This document shows positions 20,535 through 30,500 of a stretch of 64,000 bases of DNA, piece after piece (position 1 is the first letter of the stretch; the number at the start of each line of letters is the position of its first letter). This DNA is from Gemmatimonadaceae bacterium (lineage in GTDB: Bacteria; Gemmatimonadota; Gemmatimonadetes; Gemmatimonadales; Gemmatimonadaceae), in the NCBI GenBank assembly GCA_051859245.1, contig JBHYGA010000005.1, forward strand, positions 891,537-955,536, read 5' to 3'. A program made the position numbers and the translations under genes. A model generated the notes under the pieces. That model was not told where the DNA came from and did no database searches. It saw only the letters and a list, made by a program, of their open reading frames with translations.

Positions 20535-21362
20535 TCAGAGTGATAGCTCCAGCTGCGGTGCTCGCACCGCGAGAATGCCCTGTCCGGAGACGGGACCAAG
20601 TGGTACTCGCTGCGATGCCGCGACCACACGCGATGCCAGCGCGGCTGCGACACGGCCACGCGCCGCAAGCGCACAACCCACCGTGTGTACGGCTTGCTCC
20701 GGTGAATTGTTGGTTTCACTTAAGTGTGCAAGCACGATCGCCCGCAATCCCTTGTGTGCGCACGACGCGATGAATGCGGCCGCCTGCGCGTTGCTCAAGT
20801 GCCCCGTATTACTACGTATGCGTTGCTTCAGCAACCAGGGATACGGTCCCGCCATGAGCTGATCGAGATCGTGATTGGCCTCGACCACCAACAAATCCAA
20901 TCGTTCGAAGGCAGACGGGAGCGAGTCGGGGACATGCCCGAGGTCGAGAGCAATGCCTAGTCGTTCGCCGGAAGCCTGTTGTTCGAACACAAACGCCGCG
21001 CAATCGCTCGCATCGTGCGGCACCGCGTACGACGTCCCGACAACATCCCCCACCGACCACGGGCTCCCGTGCGCGATGGCGCGCACCGGTACGATGGGAG
21101 TTGGTAGCTGCGCCAGCGTTGACGACGTGGCAAACAGCGGCCACCCCCAACGAGCGCACGCAGCGAGCGCACCATGCGCATGGTCTACGTGTTCGTGTGT
21201 GAGCACAAGGGCGCTAATCGATTCCGGTGCACAGCCTAAGAGCGAAAGTCGCTGCGCGATGGTGCGTACACCAAAGCCGGCGTCCACCAGAATTCGGGTA
21301 CCACCCGCGTCGACAAGCATCGCGTTGCCGCGGCTGCCGGTGCCCAGAACGCTTACGCGCAC
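20535..21362 (-). CDS. Metallo-beta-lactamase fold hydrolase (YycJ/WalJ-like)
   Basis: LGTGSRGNA, VDAG, THEHVDH, PHDA, EANHD and GHLSN. GTG start at 21362 inferred. Confidence 0.88.
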   Translation of the reverse strand: MRVSVLGTGSRGNAMLVDAGGTRILVDAGFGVRTIAQRLSLLGCAPESISALVLTHEHVDHAHGALAACARWGWPLFATSSTLAQLPTPIVPVRAIAHGSPWSVGDVVGTSYAVPHDASDCAAFVFEQQASGERLGIALDLGHVPDSLPSAFERLDLLVVEANHDLDQLMAGPYPWLLKQRIRSNTGHLSNAQAAAFIASCAHKGLRAIVLAHLSETNNSPEQAVHTVGCALAARGRVAAALASRVVAASQRVPLGPVSGQGILAVRAPQLELSL

Positions 21363-21400
21363 GGTGCGGCAACTCTTCGGTGCGGTGCTCGCACCTGCTG

Positions 21401-22654
21401 CTACTCCGCCTTCCAGCTGCGCGCGTACGCATCGCGCAAATGCTGCTGCATGCCCTCGCTTAGCGTCACGCCACGTCGCTGCACGACACGCGTGGCCGTT
21501 TCCAGAAATTTGTCGAGCGCGTACAAGTCGTACGGTGTACCACTGCCGAAGGCAAACGGCGCGACCACCTTGGGAGGCATGCGATCCACCACATTCGCGC
21601 CGGCGCCAACCACGCAACCCGTGGTGAGACGCAGTCCAATCCCGGTCTTCACATGATCGCCAAACATCGTGCCGAGAAACTGCAGGCCGGTGTCGCGCAA
21701 CCCATCGGGAGTCCAGAGCGCAACAGGACCGTAAGTGTTCTTAAGATTGCTGGTTGTTGTGCCCGCGCCGAGATTCACCCAGCGTCCAAGTACGGAGTGG
21801 CCAACAAATCCATCGTGCCCCTTATTGGCGTGGCCAATGAACACGGTGGTGCTCACCTCGCCGTTCACTTTGCACTGTTCACCGAACGCGCTGTTGGCCA
21901 CCCGTCCGCCGCTGATCGTGGTGTCTGCACCCACATAACACGGCCCCACGAGTCGCGTAAACGCCTGAACAGCGGCGCCCTCGCACAACATGATCGGTCC
22001 GGCCGCCGTGTCGAACACCACCTGCGGTTCAATGCGCGCGCGTTCGTGCCGATACACCGCATGTTCGCCGAGCACGGTGAACGCACCCAGTTCGCGGTGC
22101 GCGTTGCGGACCGTGTGTAGCCCGGTTTCGAGCGTGTGATACTGCGCCGTGATTTGTAGCGCGAGAATGTCAGCCGAGAGCAACACGCCGAGCGCGCGCG
22201 AGACGTCCCACAACTCGTCGCACCACATGCCGTCGAGCGCGGTGAGCGCCGCGTTGTTACCGTGGTGTTCACGGGCCAGCACGTCGAGCGTGAGCGTACC
22301 GTCAGCAAAACGTGACGCGTGCTCATCGCGCGCAAGTCGTACGGCGGCGACGCGCTCGGCGCACGCGAAAATCGATCCGTACTCGAGCGGCGTGCCGAGC
22401 GACACCGCACACCGGCTGTTCACGATCAGTGTGCCCGCCGGAATGTTCTCCGTGACCGCGCGCGGACTCGTGAACTCCTGAAAGTGCGTATGCCGGTCGC
22501 CACTCAAAAACCCCGTCGCGTTGGCGCCTGAGATCGTTTGCCACCGTTCGCGCACGAGCAACGCGCCAACGCGCATTTCGCTGAACGGGCGCGTGTGCGC
22601 AAACGGCTCGAACGTGCGCGCTCGCGCGTCGTCGTAACAGACGATCGCGCTCAC
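21401..22654 (-). CDS. GlmU-related putative sugar nucleotidyl/acyl transferase
   Basis: N-terminal PFAHTRPFSEMRVG. Left-handed beta-helix region with NKGHDGFVGHSVLGRWVNLGAGTTTSNLKN. Confidence 0.8.
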   Translation of the reverse strand: MSAIVCYDDARARTFEPFAHTRPFSEMRVGALLVRERWQTISGANATGFLSGDRHTHFQEFTSPRAVTENIPAGTLIVNSRCAVSLGTPLEYGSIFACAERVAAVRLARDEHASRFADGTLTLDVLAREHHGNNAALTALDGMWCDELWDVSRALGVLLSADILALQITAQYHTLETGLHTVRNAHRELGAFTVLGEHAVYRHERARIEPQVVFDTAAGPIMLCEGAAVQAFTRLVGPCYVGADTTISGGRVANSAFGEQCKVNGEVSTTVFIGHANKGHDGFVGHSVLGRWVNLGAGTTTSNLKNTYGPVALWTPDGLRDTGLQFLGTMFGDHVKTGIGLRLTTGCVVGAGANVVDRMPPKVVAPFAFGSGTPYDLYALDKFLETATRVVQRRGVTLSEGMQQHLRDAYARSWKAE

Positions 22655-23682
22655 GGCGTGGCCAGATCGGGCGGCAGGGAATCGAGCAGCGACTTGAGAT
22701 CGGCGGCCTTGTCCCGCGTGGTCACGAGCACCACGCTGTCACGCACAACCACCACCAGATCATCCACGCCGTACAACACCACCGGCGCCCCTTCGGTATG
22801 CACCACGTTGCCGTGGCTCTGCAGCGCGTGCAGTCGGCCGGACGCGGCATTGTCATTCGCGTCACGTGTACGCACGCGGTGCAGTGCGGCCCATGTGCCC
22901 ACGTCGTCCCAACCGAAAGCGCCCGGCACCACAAGCACGCGGGCGCTGCGCTCGAGTACACCCACATCGATCGCCACGCTCTGTACCGCCGCAAAAAATG
23001 CGTCGCGGTCGTGGGCGTGCGCCGCGAGTGCCGGTGCGACTTCTGGTGTGAGCGCGCGAATCTCGTCGAGGAGATCACCAACACGCCAGGCAAAAATTCC
23101 CGAGTTCCACAAATAGCCGGCGTCCACCATTTCAGCGGCGCGTTCGCGCGTGGGCTTCTCAACAAACCGTTCCACGCGCTGCACACGCGCGCTGACGGCC
23201 TCACCAGGTTGGATGTAGCCGAATCCTGGATCGGGTCGCGAGGGCACGATGCCAACGGTCACCAGCGCGCGTTGGTCGTACGCCACCTGCGCCGCAAAGG
23301 TGAGCGTTTCCTGAAACGCCGGCACATCACGAATTGCCCAATCCGCATGCACGCACACCATCACGGCATCCGGACCATCGGTCTGTTCGATCACCGACGC
23401 GGCCCATGCGAGCGCGGCGCAAGTTCCGGCGGGCCGCGGCTCGGGAATTACATTCTCGCTCGGCACATCACGCGCCAGGTCACGCACCGCCGGTGCGAGC
23501 GACGCATTCGTGAGGATCAGCGTACGCTCCGGTGGTGAGAGCGGCGCCAGTCGCGACAACGAATCCGCCAGCATGGAGTCGGACGTGATGAGCGGCAGCA
23601 ACTGCTTGGGCCGCGTTGGCGTGGAGAGCGGCCAGAATCGCGAACCAACGCCGCCTGCGAGCACAACACTCCAGCGAATCAC
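22651..23682 (-). CDS. manC: Mannose-1-phosphate guanylyltransferase (no isomerase domain)
   Basis: LAGGVGSRFWPLS..PKQ, GFGYI, FVEKP, WNSGIF and WDDVGTW. Confidence 0.9.
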   Translation of the reverse strand: MIRWSVVLAGGVGSRFWPLSTPTRPKQLLPLITSDSMLADSLSRLAPLSPPERTLILTNASLAPAVRDLARDVPSENVIPEPRPAGTCAALAWAASVIEQTDGPDAVMVCVHADWAIRDVPAFQETLTFAAQVAYDQRALVTVGIVPSRPDPGFGYIQPGEAVSARVQRVERFVEKPTRERAAEMVDAGYLWNSGIFAWRVGDLLDEIRALTPEVAPALAAHAHDRDAFFAAVQSVAIDVGVLERSARVLVVPGAFGWDDVGTWAALHRVRTRDANDNAASGRLHALQSHGNVVHTEGAPVVLYGVDDLVVVVRDSVVLVTTRDKAADLKSLLDSLPPDLATP

Positions 23683-24095
23683 GACAACGACTCCGCTTCG
23701 GTTGATGCGTGCAGATCATCGGTGCCGGTGAGCGCCAATGCGCGTGCGTACAAACGACGGGGACTGAATGGTTTGGTCATGAATTCGGCAACGCCAAGTG
23801 AATCCGCTTCACGATACGCGGCGTCTTGTCCGGCGGCGGTGAGAATAAGACAGGGCAACGTGAGCCAGCGCGGGTCCTGACGGATGGTGCGCAGCACGTC
23901 AATGCCACTCATGCCGGGAAGCATGAGATCGAGAATGATCAGGCGGGTGTCGGGCTGCGCTGCGAGCGCTTCGAGTGCCGCCGCGCCCGTTTCGGCGAGC
24001 GTGACCTCGAAGGATCCCTGTTCGAGGCGCGTTTTGATGATGCGCCCAATGTGTGGCTCATCGTCTACCACGAGAACCGGCGTGGCAGTTGTCAC
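23679..24095 (-). CDS. Single-domain response regulator (receiver only)
   Basis: VVDDE, ILDLMLPG, LTA and KPF motifs; no output domain. Confidence 0.92.
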   Translation of the reverse strand: MTTATPVLVVDDEPHIGRIIKTRLEQGSFEVTLAETGAAALEALAAQPDTRLIILDLMLPGMSGIDVLRTIRQDPRWLTLPCLILTAAGQDAAYREADSLGVAEFMTKPFSPRRLYARALALTGTDDLHASTEAESLS

Positions 24096-24125
24096 TTAGC
24101 GTTCCCGGTGCGCGCGTTCGTCACG

Positions 24126-24479
24126 TCAGATCAACGCCGCGATTTGCGGCCGATGGCGACGAAGATCGAAGAGCAACTGCGCGAGATTCGCTTCGCGGCG
24201 CACGAGTACGAGGAGGAACGCGTCCGTCGAGACCGCGGCGACCACGGCGAGGCCTTCTTCGTATTCCAGCACCGACAGTCCGAACGCGCCGCGACCGAGC
24301 GCCGAGGCGAGCTCTGTGGCGGCGCCGACCAGCGGCGGCACGTGCGCGGCCAGACCGTCGGCATCAAGGCCCGACTCCACCGCGCCATCAATGAGCAGTC
24401 CATCGCGCCCCAGCACGACCACCGCGTCTACGCCTTCTCGGCGCCTGAGTGCACTTACCAGATCGCGAATCGTGGCCAT
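24126..24479 (-). CDS. Roadblock/LC7 domain protein (MglB-like)
   Basis: GVDAVVVLGRDGLLI...LEYEEG...LLVL...NLAQLLF pattern in 117 aa. AGGAG RBS. Confidence 0.85.
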   Translation of the reverse strand: MATIRDLVSALRRREGVDAVVVLGRDGLLIDGAVESGLDADGLAAHVPPLVGAATELASALGRGAFGLSVLEYEEGLAVVAAVSTDAFLLVLVRREANLAQLLFDLRRHRPQIAALI

Positions 24480-24557
24480 TTCGAACAGCTCCTGCGCAAA
24501 GAAGAGGACGGACCCAGTCCCTCGGTGGAACGCGATGGTCGGCGCTCACGTGTGGTC

Positions 24558-24587
24558 AGGGTAGTGATCGGGCGGGTAAGGCGTCAA
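24558..24587 (-). promoter_or_regulatory. Putative sigma70 promoter for the roadblock-manC operon
   Basis: Minus strand TTGACG-18 nt-TACCCT. Confidence 0.5.
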
Positions 24588-24628
24588 GACCAATCGTCAG
24601 GCGCGTCGAGGCACAGCGGCCGCGGCGC

Positions 24629-24657
24629 TTGCTCGGACACGAGTTGCTCGGTAAGCT
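24629..24657 (+). promoter_or_regulatory. Putative sigma70 promoter for the lipoprotein-serS-gatCAB run
   Basis: TTGCTC-17 nt-TAAGCT. Confidence 0.45.
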
Positions 24658-24672
24658 ACCGGGTCTGTTCGT

Positions 24673-25293
24673 GTGGTCCTTCCCGAAGCATTTGCGAGGC
24701 ATCCTCTGCTGCTCCAACATCGTCGACCGTGGCGCGCCATGGCGGTGCTCGCCTCCGCCCTGATCGTCTCAGCCTGCAGTCAAGACGACCCGTTCCGCCC
24801 CACGGCAACGTCTGCCAACGTTATTACCGGCGTCTCACTGGCCTCGTTCTCCACGGGCGCCGTCGCACAGACCGCCATCGATCTGGTCAACCTGCGCGCA
24901 GTGCGGCCGGAGGTGCAGGCCAACGGTCTGGTCAACTTTCAGCTGGCCGTTGATCTCGATGCGACCGGCAAGGTGAATCTGCTGCCGGTGCTGGCGGTGC
25001 TGCGACCGCCCGGCGGCGCCAACACGGTGGGTTTGGCCCGGTCGACCGCTTCATTCGATGCCCTCAATCGGGCGCCAACGGGCGGCTTCCGACCGGACAC
25101 GGCCATGCTCGCCGACGTCGGCGAAACGATTCTGCTGCAGGTGCAGGCGGGCACGTGTGTATACGGCGACCCGCTGTACGGCAAGTTGGTGGTGGACGGC
25201 GTGAACACGACCACGCGTCGTGTCCTCCTTCGCTTTATGCTCAACCGCAATTGCGGCTATCGCGACCTCACTGAAGGCATTCCGCGCAACTGA
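24673..25293 (+). CDS. Hypothetical lipoprotein (start may be the ATG at 24739)
   Basis: Hydrophobic stretch ending in lipobox VSAC. Two further Cys near the C-terminus. Abuts serS. Confidence 0.7.
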   Translation: MVLPEAFARHPLLLQHRRPWRAMAVLASALIVSACSQDDPFRPTATSANVITGVSLASFSTGAVAQTAIDLVNLRAVRPEVQANGLVNFQLAVDLDATGKVNLLPVLAVLRPPGGANTVGLARSTASFDALNRAPTGGFRPDTAMLADVGETILLQVQAGTCVYGDPLYGKLVVDGVNTTTRRVLLRFMLNRNCGYRDLTEGIPRN

Positions 25294-25300
25294 GTCTCTT

Positions 25301-26578
25301 ATGCACGATATCCGTCTCCTCCGCGACCAGATGGACCATCTCCGCGAGGGGATGCGACGCCGGGGCAAGCTCGAAGAGCTGGCGCCGGTTCTGAACCGCG
25401 CGGAAGCGCTCGAAAAAGAGCGTCGCGATGCGATTCGCGTGGCCGAAGAAGCGCAGGCGCGTCGCAACAAGTTGTCGCAGGAGGTCGCGCAACGTCGCCG
25501 CAGCGGCGAGAACGCCGACGATCTTGTTGCCGAATCGCGCAAGATCGGCGACGAACTCACGGCGCTTGAGGAAAAGCGTGCCGCCGTGGAAGCGGAGGTG
25601 CAGCAGATTCTGATGGAGCTGCCGAATCTCACGCTTGACGAAGTACCGGCTGGCGGCGAAGAAGCGAACACGATCGTTCGCACGTGGGGCACACCACGTG
25701 CCGGCGATTCCGGCATCGCACCACACTGGGAAGTGGGGGAGCGGCTCGGCATGATCGACCTGCCGCGCGGCGCGAAGATTTCGGGCAGCGGGTTCATTGT
25801 GTATCGCGGCGCCGGTGCAAAACTGGTGCGCGCGCTCATGAACTTCATGATCGACGTGCACACGGAAGAGCACGGCTATGAAGAGTTGTGGGTGCCGCTC
25901 GTGGTGAACCGTGCCACCCTCACGGGTACGGGGCAGTTGCCCAAGTTTGAAGACGACATGTACGCCATCGCCGATGACGATCTGTTTCTGATCCCGACGG
26001 CCGAAGTCCCGGTGACGAATCTGTATCGCGACGAGATTCTGGATGCGACTGAGCTGCCGCGCTCGTTTGTGGCGTTCAGCGCGTGCTTCCGTCGTGAAGC
26101 CGGTTCGGCGGGCAAGGACACGCGCGGACTCTTGCGTGTGCATGAGTTCGACAAAGTGGAGCTCGTACGTTATGCCACTCCGGAATCGTCGCGCGATGAA
26201 CTTGAAGTGCTCACCGCTCACGCGGAAAAAATGCTGCAGCTCCTCGAGCTGCCGTATCGTGTGCTGCGACTGGCCGCCGGCGACACCGGTTTTTCGAGCG
26301 CCATGACGTACGATCTTGAAGTGTTTGCGCCCGGCGTGGGCAAGTGGCTTGAGGTGTCGTCGTGTTCGGTGTTTACCGATTTTCAGGCACGTCGTGCCAA
26401 CATTCGCTATCGCACGGCGCCCGGTGAGAAGCCCCGGTTTGTACATACGCTGAACGGATCGGCACTCGCGTTCTCACGCATTATTGCGGCGCTGTTTGAG
26501 CATCACCAGCAGAGCGACGGCACGATCACGGTACCGGCCGCGCTGCGTCGGTATCTGGGGCGCGATACACTCGGCTGA
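25301..26578 (+). CDS. serS: Serine--tRNA ligase
   Basis: GTGQLPKF, LIPTAEVP, CFRREAGS, EVSSCS and HTLNGS. Confidence 0.98.
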   Translation: MHDIRLLRDQMDHLREGMRRRGKLEELAPVLNRAEALEKERRDAIRVAEEAQARRNKLSQEVAQRRRSGENADDLVAESRKIGDELTALEEKRAAVEAEVQQILMELPNLTLDEVPAGGEEANTIVRTWGTPRAGDSGIAPHWEVGERLGMIDLPRGAKISGSGFIVYRGAGAKLVRALMNFMIDVHTEEHGYEELWVPLVVNRATLTGTGQLPKFEDDMYAIADDDLFLIPTAEVPVTNLYRDEILDATELPRSFVAFSACFRREAGSAGKDTRGLLRVHEFDKVELVRYATPESSRDELEVLTAHAEKMLQLLELPYRVLRLAAGDTGFSSAMTYDLEVFAPGVGKWLEVSSCSVFTDFQARRANIRYRTAPGEKPRFVHTLNGSALAFSRIIAALFEHHQQSDGTITVPAALRRYLGRDTLG

Positions 26579-26579
26579 G

Positions 26580-27722
26580 ATGCCACGCAAAGCGCCGCCG
26601 TTCGCACTCGTCGCGCTGGCCGTGGCGTTGTTGCTGGGCTGGTATGTGGTGTACACGCAATCTGTCGTGGTGGAGTTGCGTCGAGCGGCGCAGCTTCAGG
26701 GGCAGATGTCGTCGCGCGTGTATACGGCGCTTGTCGACACCGTCACTGCTGAGGGCGATGTGCTGCTCGCGCTTGCGCAGCAGTTGCGCGCCTCTGGTGT
26801 CCCGCAAATCCTGGTGTCTCCGGATGGCACCGTTGCGGACACGGCCAACCTGCCCACGCTCGCGGACAGCGCGGCGCTGGCCGCGTACATCGACGAGCTT
26901 GATGCGCTGAACGATCCGATCGAAGCGCCTGGCGCTGGCTCGATCCACTACGGCGACAGCCGCCTGGTGCGCGGTCTCGCCACGATCCCGCTGTTGCAGG
27001 CGGGTGCGATTGGACTGTTGCTGTTGCTCGGCCTGTGGGGATTGCGTGAGCGCGGTCGCGCCGAACGTGAGAAAGTGTGGGCCGGTATGGCGCGTGAATC
27101 GGCGCATCAACTCGGTACGCCGCTGTCGTCCATCTCGGGCTGGCTCGAACTGCTCGAAGACTCGGCCGGTGACAACCCATCCGTGGCGCGCGCCGTCACG
27201 CAAATGGGGCAGGATCTCGCACGTCTTGATCGTGTCGCCCATCGTTTTGAACGCATCGGTCGTCCACCGCGCCGCGATGAGGTGGAGCTTGGCGCCATGG
27301 TTGATCGGATCGCCACGTACTTCGAAGCGCGCGTGCCGAAGATCGCGCGCAAAGTGACGGTGCGCGGCGTGCGTCCCGATGAGCGGCTTGTTGTCGCCGG
27401 CGATGGTGTGCTGCTCGAGTGGGTGCTGGAAGTGCTGGTCAAGAACGCGATCGATGCGCTTGGCGGACGTGACGGCGAGGTGGTGATCAGCGCGGAACCG
27501 CTCGCCGAGGGCGGAGCACGCGTGCGTGTCACGGACAACGGCCCCGGTGTGCCACGGTCAGTGCGCAAGAAGATCTTCGAGGCGGGGTTCTCCACCAAGG
27601 AGCGCGGCTGGGGCATTGGTCTCTCGCTTGCGCGCCGTATTGTGGAAGAAAATCATGCGGGCAAGCTGGAGTTGGTCGACTCTGAACGAGGCGCGACGTT
27701 CGACGTTATCTTGAAGGCATGA
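26580..27722 (+). CDS. Membrane sensor histidine kinase
   Basis: Two TM helices, H-box ESAHQLGTPLS, KNAIDA, DNGPG and GWGIGL. Confidence 0.92.
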   Translation: MPRKAPPFALVALAVALLLGWYVVYTQSVVVELRRAAQLQGQMSSRVYTALVDTVTAEGDVLLALAQQLRASGVPQILVSPDGTVADTANLPTLADSAALAAYIDELDALNDPIEAPGAGSIHYGDSRLVRGLATIPLLQAGAIGLLLLLGLWGLRERGRAEREKVWAGMARESAHQLGTPLSSISGWLELLEDSAGDNPSVARAVTQMGQDLARLDRVAHRFERIGRPPRRDEVELGAMVDRIATYFEARVPKIARKVTVRGVRPDERLVVAGDGVLLEWVLEVLVKNAIDALGGRDGEVVISAEPLAEGGARVRVTDNGPGVPRSVRKKIFEAGFSTKERGWGIGLSLARRIVEENHAGKLELVDSERGATFDVILKA

Positions 27723-30184
27723 CTTCTGTTTCGTACGGCTCGTTGTTCGATCAGCCTCCCGAGGCGCCCAAAGTAGATATGTCGCGCACGCTCGCCGGAC
27801 TGAATCCGGCGCAGCGCGAGGCGGTGCTGCACGATGACGGGCCCATGCTTGTACTCGCTGGCGCCGGCTCTGGCAAAACGCGCGTGCTCACCACGCGCAT
27901 TGTGCGATTGATCGCGGAACGTCGCATTCCGGCGTCAGCCATTCTGTCGGTCACGTTCACGAACAAGGCCGCCGGCGAAATGCGCGAGCGCATTGGCCGG
28001 CAGCTCGGATATGAGCCGAACGGTATGTGGAGCGGCACATTCCACAGCATTGGGGCGCGGTTGCTGCGTCGCATTGCGCCACTGGTCGGGCGGACGGCAC
28101 AGTTCACAATCTATGATGAAGACGATTCCATTTCGCTGGTCAAGCGAGTGATGGAGCGTCGTCGGATCGATGTGAAGCAGTTCCCGCCCAAGGCAGTGCT
28201 GGGTGCGATTTCTGATGCAAAGAATGCACTGGTGTCGGCCACCGAGTACGCCACCCTCGCGCGCGACCCGTTCGCGCAGGCGGTGGCTGGCGTGTACGTG
28301 GATCTTGATGACGCATTGCAGCGCGCCAACGCGGTGAGCTTTGATGATCTGCTTGTGCTCCCGGTGCGCGCGCTTGAGCAGAACGAACCCTTGCGCGGCG
28401 ATTTGCAGCAACGCTTTCGGTACATTCTGGTGGACGAGTATCAGGATACCAATCGCGCACAATATCGGTTCATTCAACTGGTGGGTGCCGCGCACGGCAA
28501 CGTGCTCGTGGTGGGTGACGACGATCAGTCCATTTACGGCTGGCGTGGCGCGGATATTCGCAATATCCTCGACTTCGAACGTGATTTTCCCGGCGCCGGC
28601 ATTGTGCGCCTCGAAGAGAACTATCGCAGTACGCCGCAGATTCTTGATGTCGCGAACGCTGTGATTGTGGGGAACACGGAACGGCGCGGCAAAACGTTGC
28701 GCGCCACGCGGCCAGCCGGTGAAACGGTCATGCGCGTGGGGGCGCTCGACGAGCGTGACGAAGCCGATTTTGTGGCGGACACGATTGTTGATCGCACGAC
28801 ACGCGGCGGGATGGGACGCCGTGAATGTGCGATTCTCTATCGCACCAATGCGCAGAGTCGCGCGTTTGAAGACGCGTTTCGCCGTCGCAGCATTCCGTAT
28901 CGTCTTGTTGGTGCGGTGCGGTTTTATGACCGTCGTGAAATTCGTGACCTGATGGCGTACCTCAAACTCGTGGCCAATCCGAGCGACGATGAAGCGTTTC
29001 GTCGCGCGGTGTCTGTGCCGCGGCGTGGGCTTGGCGATACCACGATTGCCGTGCTCGCCGAAGCGGCCCAGCAGGCGCGTATCCCGATCTTCGAAGCGGC
29101 AACACGGGCCGATATTGTGGGCGGACTGCGAGCTGCCGCTCGCACCTCGCTTGCGGATTTCGTGGTGCTGATCCAGCAGTTTCGCGAGAAAGCGGTGGAT
29201 GCATCGGTCGACGAGTTGCTGCGCGATCTCGTCATGGCGATCCGGTACGAAGACCACCTGCGTGCGGAGGGCCAGGAAGGCCTGGAACGCATCGAGAACG
29301 TGCGTGAGTTGATTGCCGGTGCTGCCGAAGTGGTCGCGGATGAAGGCGGAGAAGTTGGCCTGACACCACTCGACCACTTCTTGCAGCAGGCTACGCTGGT
29401 CGCGGGCACAGACGCACTCGATCCATCGGCCGATGCGGTCACCATGATGACCATGCACAACGCCAAGGGACTGGAGTTCCCGCTGGTGTTTGTCACGGGA
29501 TTGGAAGACGGACTGTTTCCGCTCGCGCGCGCGGCCGAAGATCCGTCGCAGCTCGAAGAAGAACGGCGCTTGTTCTACGTTGGCGTGACGCGCGCTGAGC
29601 GCACGTTGTATCTCACGCACGCGGAGCAGCGCCGTCGCAACGGTGAGTTCATGGCGTGCATGCCGTCGCGTTTCATGCGAGAAATCCCCAAAGAGTTGAT
29701 TCGTCGCGCCGACACGAAACGCGTGATGACCGAAGGGCGTGGCCGTTCAGCGTTTGGCGACCTCGATGATGCGCCGTTTGGTTCGCGCGGAGGGAGTAGC
29801 AGTGGCTGGCGCGATCAGCCGCGTGGTGAGGGCGACGCGCGTCGGCGTTCCGCGCCTGGCATGTATGGGAGCGCCGGCTTTGGTACGAATGCGTTCGAAG
29901 GGAAGAGCCGCCTGGACGCTGGGCGTTCGAATACGCGGCGCATCGATCCCTCGTCGTGGAGTGGTGGTCGAGACGCGGACGTGTCACCGGAAGACGAATC
30001 GCAGGACGCACCGGAGTTGCGCATTGGCGAGCGAGTCAAGCACGCGAAATTTGGCAGCGGCACGATCGCCGAGTTTACCGGTAGCGGGCGTGACGCAAAG
30101 GTGCGCATTGACTTTGATGATGAAGAAATCGGTCGCAAGACACTGGTGATTGCGCAGGCCAAACTCGAACGAGGGTGGGAGTAA
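27719..30184 (+). CDS. pcrA: ATP-dependent DNA helicase PcrA/UvrD
   Basis: AGAGSGKT, DEYQD, VGDDDQSIY, ENYRS, HNAKGLEF, EERRLFYVGVTRA and a C-terminal Tudor-like VKHAKFGSG. Confidence 0.95.
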   Translation: MTSVSYGSLFDQPPEAPKVDMSRTLAGLNPAQREAVLHDDGPMLVLAGAGSGKTRVLTTRIVRLIAERRIPASAILSVTFTNKAAGEMRERIGRQLGYEPNGMWSGTFHSIGARLLRRIAPLVGRTAQFTIYDEDDSISLVKRVMERRRIDVKQFPPKAVLGAISDAKNALVSATEYATLARDPFAQAVAGVYVDLDDALQRANAVSFDDLLVLPVRALEQNEPLRGDLQQRFRYILVDEYQDTNRAQYRFIQLVGAAHGNVLVVGDDDQSIYGWRGADIRNILDFERDFPGAGIVRLEENYRSTPQILDVANAVIVGNTERRGKTLRATRPAGETVMRVGALDERDEADFVADTIVDRTTRGGMGRRECAILYRTNAQSRAFEDAFRRRSIPYRLVGAVRFYDRREIRDLMAYLKLVANPSDDEAFRRAVSVPRRGLGDTTIAVLAEAAQQARIPIFEAATRADIVGGLRAAARTSLADFVVLIQQFREKAVDASVDELLRDLVMAIRYEDHLRAEGQEGLERIENVRELIAGAAEVVADEGGEVGLTPLDHFLQQATLVAGTDALDPSADAVTMMTMHNAKGLEFPLVFVTGLEDGLFPLARAAEDPSQLEEERRLFYVGVTRAERTLYLTHAEQRRRNGEFMACMPSRFMREIPKELIRRADTKRVMTEGRGRSAFGDLDDAPFGSRGGSSSGWRDQPRGEGDARRRSAPGMYGSAGFGTNAFEGKSRLDAGRSNTRRIDPSSWSGGRDADVSPEDESQDAPELRIGERVKHAKFGSGTIAEFTGSGRDAKVRIDFDDEEIGRKTLVIAQAKLERGWE

Positions 30185-30185
30185 C

Positions 30186-30500
30186 GTGGCCGTTTCAGAA
30201 AACGATGTGCGACATGTGGCGGCGCTTGCGCGGCTTGGTCTCGCTGATGATCGGGTGAAGTCGTTGGTGGGGGAGCTGAACAGCATTCTCGAGCATATGG
30301 ATGTGCTGCAGGCGGTCGATATTGGCGGCGCCTCGCTCGATCCTGATGCTACGCAAGGCATGCCTATGCGTGAGGACGTGCCAAATCCGATCGCGTTGCA
30401 TCGCGCGCGCGAAGAGTTTGCACCGCTCATGCGTGACGGATTTTTTCTGGTGCCGCGACTGTCAACGCACGGCACCACAGATGATGAGGGCGAAGGATGA
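30186..30500 (+). CDS. gatC: Asp/Glu-tRNA amidotransferase subunit C
   Basis: VRHVAALARL, MRED and FFLVPR; upstream of gatA. Confidence 0.93.
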   Translation: MAVSENDVRHVAALARLGLADDRVKSLVGELNSILEHMDVLQAVDIGGASLDPDATQGMPMREDVPNPIALHRAREEFAPLMRDGFFLVPRLSTHGTTDDEGEG

